Under the pieces are notes generated by a model. The model was given only the letters and a program-made list of their open reading frames with translations. It searched no databases and had not been told where the DNA came from. The translations under genes and the position numbers were made by a program. A stretch of DNA of 64,000 nt, from contig CAKPIH010000001.1 of assembly GCA_934162325.1 (NCBI GenBank), positions 4,490-68,489 on the forward strand, given 5' to 3'. This stretch comes from an uncultured Bacilli bacterium (lineage in GTDB: Bacteria > Bacillota_I > Bacilli_A > RF39 > UBA660). Positions 51,563 to 60,760 of the stretch are shown in pieces (position 1 is the stretch's first letter; each line of letters opens with the position of its first letter).

Positions 51563-52805
51563 CCACTCCTATATACTTACTAACCATAACAAGCCTATTA
51601 TCAATAAAATTCTTAACTTCTATAGGCTTAATATTATTAATAACATCATAATACTTCTCATGATTATTGCCAAGATATTCACGAACATATTCAAAAAGAA
51701 TAATATTTAAATTTTCTTTATCAAGTTCACCATCTATCTTAGCATCCTCTACAAAAAAAGGAAGTTTACTCTCAATATAATGAATATCAGATATATCATT
51801 CATAGCCTTATCATATAACTCAAATACTTTATCAATATTCTTCTTCCCAACAAAAGAAAACAAAGTAAGTGTCCCAAAACTATAAGCATATGCTCCCGCG
51901 TTATATACCAAATCATTATCCTTTCTCAAATACTTAAATAACAAATCAGAATTATTAGAACTAAGTAATTTTCTAACTACACTAAGTAACACTTCATCTT
52001 TGTAGCAGTTCATATCTTTTACTTTATAATTACAATATACCCCACTAGTAGAAAAATCACTATCTTCCCTAACAAACTTAACATCATTAACAATATCTTT
52101 AACATATACATGATAATCAGTTTTAAATTTAATATTACTTATTTCATTATCAAGAATAATCTTCTTTATCAATTCTTTAGATTCATTCTCATTAACATCA
52201 CCAATCAAAAACACCAAAGGTTTCTTACTAATAATCTCCCTATAAACATCATATAATCTTTCACTAGTAATACTATCAAGTAAAGATAAGTCTCTAAAGA
52301 AAGAAGAAATAAGATAATTATCCTCATCTATTAAAGCGTTACTTTTACTTTGATAATAACTATCATAATTCTTAAGTTTATGTTTAACATTATCTTTGTA
52401 CATTCTAATATCTTCATCAATTATATTTCTAGGAAAAGAACCATTCTCTAAATAAGGATTAAAAATCATCTCTTTAGCAAAAAGTAAATTATCCAAAAGA
52501 ACATCTTTTTTCAAACTATTAAAAGAAGGATAACTTAACATAAACTCTAAAAAAGCATTATTACCAATATAAGTTATTTGGTAACGATAAAATAAACAAT
52601 AATTATTAATACAAGCAACAGTAACCTTTCTCTTAGTATCATACTTTTCACTTCTTTCATAAAGAATATCACCAAGTACTTTTAACTCTTCTTCTTTATA
52701 ATTGTATATAGGAAAAGAAATAAATAAAAGACATTTTTTAAATTTATCATTTCTAATTATTACAGGTTCATTATTCTTACTAAACACTAATATCACTTCT
52801 TTCAT
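51546..52805 (-). CDS. M16-family peptidase-like protein (probable inactive partner)
   Basis: Same length class, lacks HxxEH, and overlaps the active-subunit gene by 17 nt (YmfF/YmfH-like pair). Confidence 0.5.
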   Translation of the reverse strand: MKEVILVFSKNNEPVIIRNDKFKKCLLFISFPIYNYKEEELKVLGDILYERSEKYDTKRKVTVACINNYCLFYRYQITYIGNNAFLEFMLSYPSFNSLKKDVLLDNLLFAKEMIFNPYLENGSFPRNIIDEDIRMYKDNVKHKLKNYDSYYQSKSNALIDEDNYLISSFFRDLSLLDSITSERLYDVYREIISKKPLVFLIGDVNENESKELIKKIILDNEISNIKFKTDYHVYVKDIVNDVKFVREDSDFSTSGVYCNYKVKDMNCYKDEVLLSVVRKLLSSNNSDLLFKYLRKDNDLVYNAGAYAYSFGTLTLFSFVGKKNIDKVFELYDKAMNDISDIHYIESKLPFFVEDAKIDGELDKENLNIILFEYVREYLGNNHEKYYDVINNIKPIEVKNFIDNRLVMVSKYIGVGVDDE

Positions 52806-52903
52806 ATAAGATTATATAAAAATATATTATTTATGTCAACTTAGGTAATTACCCTATACACAAAACACCTAAGTATCATAACCTATTTTAGGAGGAAAAA
52901 AAT

Positions 52904-53398
52904 ATGAATAATTTTAACGATTATTATAATTATTTAAATAACTATAATGATATGAACTTTATGACAAACCCAAATACCATGATAACTGATATGAACTATC
53001 AAAATATGTTCCCTAATAATTATACAATACCAAATACAAACACCAATAGTAGTATCGCAGACTCACAAATAGGATTCAAGAGAGGTAATTTATTTAATAA
53101 TCTATATGATGAATACAAAAACTATAAACCACAAGAGTTAAAAGCCTCAAATGAAAGAGAAGATTTAATACTACAAATAGATGAAAATAGATTTGCTATA
53201 ATCGAATTAGGACTATACCTAGATCTATATCCAAATGATACCAATATCTTAAACAAATATAATAGTTATTTAAAGAAAGAAAAAGAATTAATAACCATCT
53301 ATGAAAGTAAATATGGACCTATAACACTAAATAGTCCCGTCCAAACAAATATTTGGCTATGGAATAATTCACCATGGCCATGGGAGGTGCAAAAATAA
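52904..53398 (+). CDS. cotJB: Spore coat protein CotJA-CotJB fusion
   Basis: N-terminal CotJA-like block IGFKRGNLFNNLYDEYKNYKP, then a CotJB block FAIIELGLYLDLYPND..YESKYGPI. Confidence 0.65.
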   Translation: MNNFNDYYNYLNNYNDMNFMTNPNTMITDMNYQNMFPNNYTIPNTNTNSSIADSQIGFKRGNLFNNLYDEYKNYKPQELKASNEREDLILQIDENRFAIIELGLYLDLYPNDTNILNKYNSYLKKEKELITIYESKYGPITLNSPVQTNIWLWNNSPWPWEVQK

Positions 53399-53958
53399 TG
53401 TGGAAATATGTAAAATCATTAGAATATCCCGTTAACATCAAAAAGAAAGATTTACGTATGGCAAAATATCTCGTAACACAATATGGAGGCGCTAACGGCG
53501 AGTTAGCAGCAGCCTTCCGCTATCTAAATCAAAGATATACAATGCCAGATGATAAAGGAAAAGCTTTGCTTACCGATATTGGAACTGAAGAACTAGCCCA
53601 TGTTGAAATGATATCCGCTATGATATATCAACTACTAAATGGCGCCACTCTAAAAGAATTAAAAGAAGCTGGATTAGAATCTCACTATGCCGAACATGGA
53701 TATGGACTATATCCAACTGACTCTAATGGCGTACCATTTACCGTATCATATTTTGCAACAACCGGAGACCCACTCGCCGACTTATCAGAAGACATGGCAG
53801 CAGAGCAAAAAGCGAGAGCTACATACGAAAACTTAATCAATCTAACAGATGATCCCGATGTCATAGGGCCATTACTATTCTTAAGACAAAGAGAAATAAT
53901 TCATTTTGCTAGATTCAAAGAACTATTCGATGAATATAAAAGTAAAGGAATAAAATAA
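53398..53958 (+). CDS. cotJC: Spore coat protein CotJC (manganese-catalase/ferritin-like)
   Basis: MWKYVKSLEYPV..QYGGANGELAAAFRYLNQRYTMPD..DIGTEELAHVEMI. A TAATG stop/start overlap with the preceding gene. Confidence 0.9.
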   Translation: MWKYVKSLEYPVNIKKKDLRMAKYLVTQYGGANGELAAAFRYLNQRYTMPDDKGKALLTDIGTEELAHVEMISAMIYQLLNGATLKELKEAGLESHYAEHGYGLYPTDSNGVPFTVSYFATTGDPLADLSEDMAAEQKARATYENLINLTDDPDVIGPLLFLRQREIIHFARFKELFDEYKSKGIK

Positions 53959-53959
53959 C

Positions 53960-53988
53960 TAAATACCTACCTATCTAGGTATTTTTTT
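53960..53988 (+). terminator. Terminator hairpin, direct-repeat copy A (taaatacctacctatctaggtattttttt)
   Basis: Stem aatacct/aggtatt followed by T7. Identical 29-mer at 55009-55037. Confidence 0.5.
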
Positions 53989-54055
53989 CAACAATTAAAA
54001 AATTTATTCACAGCAATAAAAAATATGTTATAATAAAAACAAGGGAGGTTTTATA

Positions 54056-55011
54056 ATGACAATTGCAGAAGCAGAAAGATTTTATAAACAAGATACCAAA
54101 AACTATGAAATAGAAAAAAATATAGATTTTTTAAATTGGTTAAAAATTTCAATAGCAAATGGATATAATTGTTTTATTGACACAAAAGAATTACAAGAAT
54201 TAATTGATAATATTGTAACATGGTATGAAATAAAGTATCCTGAAAGAGAATTAGAATACTTTGAAGGAACTAGAGATATAGACTTTCAAAATATTAAAAG
54301 AATTTCCAATATAATGAGTATTAGACAATTACTATATAGATTACCACACAATCAATTATGTTTAATAGAATGTGGATATAGAGCAAAAGGATGGGGACAA
54401 CATCAAGTTTATGAAAAAGATAAAAAAGTTAGTTGGAAAACTTCAATATTTATGAGAATAAATAGAAAAAAACAGAAGAAACAAATTTATGGTTAGATAG
54501 AGAATCATACTTTTTACTTCATGCCGATCATACAACCGGTAAAGTATTAGTAGACTACAATTTAAAAGAATATATAGATAATAAAGATGATTTAAATTTA
54601 GATGAACTCTTATCAATATTTAAAGAAAAATATACTAATGAATTAGACTTTACCGAACTAAAAGAAAGTATTTATAATCATAATTGTGATATGGAATTAA
54701 GACATAGAATTTTACAATTAGTTGCACTTAAATTATTATATTCTAGAAATACCATACCCGAAAGAGGATATGAAAGAGCAAAAAGATTTATAAATGAATT
54801 TAATAAAAAATTAGATCTTACATTATCTACAGAACAAATTGATGAAATTATTAGCAGAGATTACACTAATGGCGAAAAATGGGAACATGTTTTAAAAACT
54901 TACATTAATAAAGATGGTAAAGAACATTCATACTGGACTATTGAAAATGTTGCAAAAAAAGAATCAAAAGGAATAAAAAGATTAGTAAAAAAAGTTTTTT
55001 ACAAAAGTTAA
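54056..55011 (+). pseudogene. Unknown gene interrupted by a frameshift in an A7 run (ORFs 54056-54496 and 54466-55011)
   Basis: The reading frame of the 106-aa ORF stays open upstream to 54466 with no start codon and overlaps the end of the 146-aa ORF at gaaaaaaacag. Confidence 0.45.
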
Positions 55012-55037
55012 ATACCTACCTATCTAGGTATTTTTTT
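55009..55037 (+). terminator. Terminator hairpin, direct-repeat copy B
   Basis: Perfect 29/29 identity to 53960-53988. Confidence 0.5.
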
Positions 55038-55053
55038 ACATCAAAAAAAGAAG

Positions 55054-56862
55054 TTATTTCTTTGCATCAAACTTCTTTCTTGCTTCCGTATTTAAAATAA
55101 ACTTTCTAAGTCTAATATTCTCCGGAGTAATCTCTACTAACTCATCAGTATTAATATAATCCAAACAATATTCTAGAGTAAGAGGTCTAGGTCTTTTAAG
55201 TACAACAGTATGGTCAGACCCTGATGCTCTTGTATTAGTAAGTTGTTTACCCTTAACAACATTAACAGCAAGGTCATTTTCTCTATTACATTCACCAACA
55301 ATCATACCTTCATAAACTTCAGTACCAGGTTCAATAAACATAACACCTCTATCTTCTAATTGGCCTAAAGCATAAGCCGTAGCCTTACCAGCCTCAGTAG
55401 CAACAAGTACACCAACTTTTCTCTCAGTAGAATTAATATCTTCAATAGGTAAATACTCTTTAAAAGTATGATTAAGAATACCATAACCCTTAGTCATAGT
55501 CATAAAGTTAGTATTAAAACCAATTAAACCTCTTGAAGGAATAGTATAATTAAGTCTAATCAAATTATTAACATTAGACATATTATCCATCTTTCCACCT
55601 CTTAAACCAAGAGCTTCAATAACATTACCTACACAGTCATCACTAACTTCAATCTGAACGTCTTCATAAGGTTCGCACTTAACACCATCTATTTCTTTTA
55701 TAATAACCTCAGGTTTAGATACTTGAAGTTCAAAACCTTCTCTTCTAAGATTTTCAATAAGAATAGATAAATGAAGTTCACCTCTACCAGATACAACCCA
55801 AGACTCATTACCAGACTCTTCTACTTTTAAACTAACATCTTTTTGTGTTTCTTTAAATAATCTCTCACCAATTTTTCTAGCAGTAACAATAGAACCTTCC
55901 CTACCAACAAAAGGACTATTGTTAACCATAAATGTCATTTTTAAAGTAGGTTCATCGATTCTAAGTATAGGAAGAGCCTCTTCTTTACCAACATTACATA
56001 CCGTTTCACCAACAGAAATATCCATAAGACCAGCAACTGCCGCTATATCCCCAGCCTTAGCCTCATTAATTTCTACTCTCTTAAGACCATCAAAACCAAA
56101 TAATTTTTGAATTCTAAATTGTTTAATACTACCATCTAATCTAACACAAGATACCATTTCATTAACTTTTAAAGTACCACTATGAACTTTACCAATACCA
56201 ATTCTACCAACATATTCATTATAATCTAAAAGTGCAGGTTGAAATTGTAAATTACCATCTGGATTAGCATTAGGTTCAGGAATCTCATTAATAATTAAAT
56301 TAAAAATATCATCATAGTTTTCACTTTGTGTACTAATATCTGGATCTAAACTAGCAGTACCATTTAAAGCACTAACATAAGCAACCTTAAAATCAAGTTG
56401 TTCTTCACTAGCTCCTAGTTCGATAAATAAATCAATAACTTCGTCAAGCACCTTCTCTACTCTAGCAGTAGGTTTATCTACCTTATTAATAACAACAATA
56501 GGTTTAACCCCTGCTTCTAATGCTTTTTTAAGAACGAATCTAGTCTGTGGCATTGTACCCTCATAAGCATCTACAAGTAATAAAACACCATCAACCATAT
56601 TCATAATTCTTTCTACTTCACCACCAAAATCAGCATGTCCCGGAGTATCAAGAATATTAATCTTATATCCATTATAATGAATTGAAGTAGTCTTAGCAAG
56701 AATAGTAATACCTCTTTCTCTTTCTATATCATTTGAATCCATTGCTCTAACTTCAACTTGTTCATTATCTCTAAAAGTACCAGATTTTTTAAGTAATTGA
56801 TCAACTAAAGTAGTTTTACCATGGTCTACATGTGCTATAATAGCAACATTTCTAATTTTCAT
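55054..56862 (-). CDS. bipA: Translational GTPase BipA/TypA
   Basis: N-terminus [19 protein letters not shown]. About 600 aa. GAAGGTG SD before MKIRNV. Confidence 0.9.
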   Translation of the reverse strand: MKIRNVAIIAHVDHGKTTLVDQLLKKSGTFRDNEQVEVRAMDSNDIERERGITILAKTTSIHYNGYKINILDTPGHADFGGEVERIMNMVDGVLLLVDAYEGTMPQTRFVLKKALEAGVKPIVVINKVDKPTARVEKVLDEVIDLFIELGASEEQLDFKVAYVSALNGTASLDPDISTQSENYDDIFNLIINEIPEPNANPDGNLQFQPALLDYNEYVGRIGIGKVHSGTLKVNEMVSCVRLDGSIKQFRIQKLFGFDGLKRVEINEAKAGDIAAVAGLMDISVGETVCNVGKEEALPILRIDEPTLKMTFMVNNSPFVGREGSIVTARKIGERLFKETQKDVSLKVEESGNESWVVSGRGELHLSILIENLRREGFELQVSKPEVIIKEIDGVKCEPYEDVQIEVSDDCVGNVIEALGLRGGKMDNMSNVNNLIRLNYTIPSRGLIGFNTNFMTMTKGYGILNHTFKEYLPIEDINSTERKVGVLVATEAGKATAYALGQLEDRGVMFIEPGTEVYEGMIVGECNRENDLAVNVVKGKQLTNTRASGSDHTVVLKRPRPLTLEYCLDYINTDELVEITPENIRLRKFILNTEARKKFDAKK

Positions 56863-56957
56863 AAAATACACCTTCTTTTTCTCACAGTTATTAATTATAT
56901 CATAAAATCAAACATTTGAACATATTTTTTATCAATTTTATCAAAAATATTACCTTT

Positions 56958-57011
56958 CAGAAAAAGCCTAGGTCTTTTTCTGTCCTATATAGCCTACAAG
57001 TCTATATAGGA
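56958..57011. repeat. Tandem-hairpin element (instance 6)
   Basis: Hairpins cagaaaaag[cctaggt]ctttttctg and tcctatatag[cctacaagt]ctatatagga. Confidence 0.5.
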
Positions 57012-57073
57012 ATAACTATAAGATATCATATTTAGGGTGTAAACTTTCTAACTACAACATAACCAAATACTTT

Positions 57074-57127
57074 ATGACTGAAACAATAAGGTTCAGTCAT
57101 ACCTTACAAAACTATAGGTTTGTAAGG
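57074..57127. repeat. Two further hairpins with related loops (acaataagg / actatagg)
   Basis: Hairpins atgactgaa[acaataagg]ttcagtcat and ccttacaaa[actatagg]tttgtaagg, lying downstream of the 57159 membrane-protein gene. Confidence 0.35.
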
Positions 57128-57158
57128 ACTAAAAAAACTTAGAAACAAATCTAAGCCT

Positions 57159-57755
57159 TTACTCACTAATAATACTATTACTATCTTTAATCTTTTTATA
57201 ATTAATAAAATCAAGAATAATCATAACAAATATATATACTCCAATTATCTTAAAGAATATATACATAACACTCTTAGATACAAAGATAAGAATAATACCA
57301 AGTATAATAGATATAATACTAACAATCATATTAGCAGTAACCTTTCTATCAAAATACTTAATAAGACTACTAATACCCATAAAGAATAATAATAAAGAAA
57401 CAAGTACTGGAAGTAATTCTAAGAATAAGAATTGACCATACTTAAAAGTAAATAAAGAAAGCCATAAACACATAATACCCATAACTATACCAGAATAATC
57501 CTTCTTTAAATATTCCTTATCCATAACAAAGTTAATAACTCTAATAACCGCTATTATAGAAAAAATTACAACAAATAAATAATTAACTGTACTAAGAAGT
57601 TCATCAGTAGCAAAAATAAGTACTAAAGCTAGTACTAACCCCAATATGTAATAGAAGCCTTCTGATACATTGTAGTTCCTCTTCTTATTATTTTCTAATT
57701 TAATAGTTTTATTTTCTGTACTCTCTACTTTTTTCTTTCTTCCCATATTTAACAC
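57159..57755 (-). CDS. Polytopic membrane protein (HdeD/DUF308-like)
   Basis: Six predicted TM helices after a basic N-terminus. Confidence 0.5.
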   Translation of the reverse strand: MLNMGRKKKVESTENKTIKLENNKKRNYNVSEGFYYILGLVLALVLIFATDELLSTVNYLFVVIFSIIAVIRVINFVMDKEYLKKDYSGIVMGIMCLWLSLFTFKYGQFLFLELLPVLVSLLLFFMGISSLIKYFDRKVTANMIVSIISIILGIILIFVSKSVMYIFFKIIGVYIFVMIILDFINYKKIKDSNSIISE

Positions 57756-57806
57756 CTACCTCATATAAAAATTATACAACAAAATAGTAAGAAAAGAAAG
57801 AAGAAA

Positions 57807-57908
57807 TTAACTTTTTCTTCTTTCTTTCAAGTAACAATTAAGTTTAATATAACTAATATTCTGACTCATTTCATCAAAAATATCTTCAACTAATATATAA
57901 CCTGGCAT
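57807..57908 (-). CDS. Small 33-aa ORF (MPGYILVEDIFDEMSQNISYIKLNCYLKERRKS)
   Basis: Strong GGAGAGGA SD 4 nt before the ATG. The 3' end lies in a 12-bp-stem hairpin at 57791-57823 that looks like a terminator. Confidence 0.3.
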   Translation of the reverse strand: MPGYILVEDIFDEMSQNISYIKLNCYLKERRKS

Positions 57909-57989
57909 ATTATCCTCTCCTCTATTAAAAGAATAACACATAACCAAAATAATTTCATTATATTCGACAAAACAAGTCAAAATACATCA

Positions 57990-59381
57990 TTAACTTTTAG
58001 TAATTCTAACTTTAATCTTTGTTGTCTTAGCAAAGTAATTAGCCTTAACTTCCTCACCACTTACTTTAACATTAACAGTATGTTCACCCTCACCAAGTCC
58101 AGATAAATCAACTGTTGCTTTAATAGTAGTACTATCAATAGCATCAAGAACCTCTTTTGTACCTTTAACCACTACCGTTGTCTTAGAAGAATTTTCTCCA
58201 ATAGCACCAGCCTTCAAATTAGGTCCAAGATTAATAGCATCTATTTTAATATCATCTACTTCTTTAGATTCTTCTTTACCAATACTAATCTTAACCGTAA
58301 TAGTCTTTTCAGATACTTCTCTAATACCTTCTGGTTTAGGAACTACAACAGTATAAGTCTTATTATCAGTAAGACCTGCTACATCCACTTCAATAGGAAT
58401 ATAACTTTCACTATATTTATTTACTGTTTCTTGATCACCATAAATACTAATCTCATTTACTGAAGTAGTAATAGAACTAATAGCTTTACCAAATGATATC
58501 TTATCTATATTTTTAGGAATAACCTTAAGTTTAGCAGTACCACTATAAGACTCAATATTAACAGTAGCGGTAACAGTCTCAGGAACAATTTCAACATCAA
58601 CAACATTACCATACTTATCATACGCTACTAATTTAACTTTATCAACAGTATTAACACCAGCCTTAGGATCAACAATACTACCAACATCAACAAGTGCTTT
58701 AACCGTAGCAACTTTATTTATATTATGACTAGATTTCTCATCATCAGTACCCTTAATAATAACTTCTTCCTTATCTAAAGTAACAGATTGAACAGAAAGT
58801 TTACTATCTAATTTATCCTTATTAATAACATCAATAGTAACTGTCTTAGTTTGTGATACCTTAGGATAAACATTAACCGTAATTGAAGAAGGATCTAACT
58901 TATAAGTAACAGAATTAATAGAACTCTCATAACTCAAATCAACCTTATGTGTACCTTCCTTCAAATTAGATAAATCAACACTAACTTTACCAGTAGATAA
59001 CTGTTTAGCAAGATATAAGTCAACAGTTCTACCAATCAAAGTAACATCAGCAGTCTCAGGAATACCCTCAACAACATAAGCTTCTTTATTATAAGTAGCC
59101 TCAACCGTCTGATTATGAAGCACTTCAGCAGCACTATCAATTACAGTACTTGCTTGATTATCAACATAAAAGAATAAAAGTAATGCCATAAAAAGTGAAA
59201 TAAACACCAAAGTATTTTTCTTATTTAGCCACTTCTCAAATTTACCAGCATTCTTATCAGTTTTTTCACCTAAGAATAATCCAAACTTAGTAACTGGAGT
59301 AACAATAACTCTATCAATAAAATTAAAGATACCTAGAAAAAATTTCTTAATAGCTTTAATAATCTTTTTAAGCCCTTTCAT
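57990..59381 (-). CDS. cdaR: CdaA regulatory protein CdaR (YbbR-domain repeats)
   Basis: N-terminal TM followed by four YbbR-like beta repeats. GAGGAGGAAG SD before MKGLKKIIK. Overlaps the cdaA stop. Confidence 0.75.
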   Translation of the reverse strand: MKGLKKIIKAIKKFFLGIFNFIDRVIVTPVTKFGLFLGEKTDKNAGKFEKWLNKKNTLVFISLFMALLLFFYVDNQASTVIDSAAEVLHNQTVEATYNKEAYVVEGIPETADVTLIGRTVDLYLAKQLSTGKVSVDLSNLKEGTHKVDLSYESSINSVTYKLDPSSITVNVYPKVSQTKTVTIDVINKDKLDSKLSVQSVTLDKEEVIIKGTDDEKSSHNINKVATVKALVDVGSIVDPKAGVNTVDKVKLVAYDKYGNVVDVEIVPETVTATVNIESYSGTAKLKVIPKNIDKISFGKAISSITTSVNEISIYGDQETVNKYSESYIPIEVDVAGLTDNKTYTVVVPKPEGIREVSEKTITVKISIGKEESKEVDDIKIDAINLGPNLKAGAIGENSSKTTVVVKGTKEVLDAIDSTTIKATVDLSGLGEGEHTVNVKVSGEEVKANYFAKTTKIKVRITKS

Positions 59382-60201
59382 TATTATCTTCCTCCTCTTC
59401 TTCAAATTCATCATCGAGTAGAACTTCCTTCTTAGGTTTAAGTTCTTCAATTAAAATCATTCTAGCATCATCTAGAGAAAGATTATAATTTAAATTACCT
59501 CCTACAGCAATTGAAATTTTGCCAGTCTCTTCACTAACTACAATAGCAATAGCATCAGATTCTTCACTTATTCCAATCGCAGCTCTATGTCTAGTACCAA
59601 GTTTCTTACTAATTTTACTATTAATACTTATTGGAAATACCGCTCCTGCTGAAGTAATTTTATTACCTTGAATAATTACTCCACCATCATGAAGAGGATT
59701 TCTTGGAAAGAATATTGATATTAAAAGTTCTGAAGAAATATCTGCATATATAGGTTTACTTCTTTCAATATATTCATTCAAACTAATATCTCTCTCTAAT
59801 ACAATTAAAGCACCAATTCTACTTTTTCTAAGATAATCAACCGCCGACATAACCTCATATACTAATTTTTCTCTCTCATCCAAAGTAAGTACTTTATGTC
59901 TTCCTAGTAATTGCTTTCTACCAATATGCTCAAGAATACTTCTAATTTCTGGTTGAAATATAATAATAAGAGCAAGTGGTCCCCACATAATTACATATTC
60001 TAAAAGTAATCCAATCGTAGTAAGATTAAGCGTATCACTAAGAATTTTAACAATCAAAACTACAAATACACCCTTAAACAAAAGTATCATCTTAACATTG
60101 TTCTTAATATTTTTAAGAATAAAATAAATAACCATCCAAACAAGCGAAATATCAATAATCGCTCTAAGTATCACTAATACACTATCTAATGTCATAAACA
60201 T
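59368..60201 (-). CDS. cdaA: Diadenylate cyclase CdaA (DacA)
   Basis: Three N-terminal TM helices and a DAC domain containing GTRHRAAIGISEESDAIAIVVSEETG. Confidence 0.9.
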   Translation of the reverse strand: MFMTLDSVLVILRAIIDISLVWMVIYFILKNIKNNVKMILLFKGVFVVLIVKILSDTLNLTTIGLLLEYVIMWGPLALIIIFQPEIRSILEHIGRKQLLGRHKVLTLDEREKLVYEVMSAVDYLRKSRIGALIVLERDISLNEYIERSKPIYADISSELLISIFFPRNPLHDGGVIIQGNKITSAGAVFPISINSKISKKLGTRHRAAIGISEESDAIAIVVSEETGKISIAVGGNLNYNLSLDDARMILIEELKPKKEVLLDDEFEEEEEDNNERA

Positions 60202-60210
60202 TCCTCCATT

Positions 60211-60690
60211 CTATTTAACCAAATAAATAGCCCCTTGTACACATAAATAACAAAGAAACATAATACTTCCAAACAAAAGGAATAAATTATATACATAACC
60301 AGAATTAGAATTAATCACTCTATCATGCTTTTCAGCATTATCTTCTTTGTTATTAATTTTATCAAAAAAATCTTTCTTAGTCATAATACCATAACATCTA
60401 TAATCTTTCTTATTCTTCTTACCATCATATAAAACATTAAGTTTATTAACATCATAATAAGATAAAGAAAAACCAAGTTTCTGATACATTTCTTTTCTAT
60501 CTTCAATCTTACTAGCAGATATATTTATATAAGAAATACCATTATCTTCAATAATTAAAGTAAGTTTCTTATATAATATCTCTATCTCATCTTCAGATAA
60601 ATTAATATTATTTTGAAATAAATAAATAGTACTATCTATAATACAATATGATATGTGTTCTGTAAGTTTGATATTTTTCTTCTTAGCCAT
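60211..60690 (-). CDS. Hypothetical protein with C-terminal TM anchor
   Basis: GGTGAGAGG SD. 159 aa. Confidence 0.45.
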   Translation of the reverse strand: MAKKKNIKLTEHISYCIIDSTIYLFQNNINLSEDEIEILYKKLTLIIEDNGISYINISASKIEDRKEMYQKLGFSLSYYDVNKLNVLYDGKKNKKDYRCYGIMTKKDFFDKINNKEDNAEKHDRVINSNSGYVYNLFLLFGSIMFLCYLCVQGAIYLVK

Positions 60691-60760
60691 TTCTTACCTC
60701 TCACCTATAATAATAATATCACGATATATATAAAAAAGCAAGGAAAAAATCCTCACCTTT

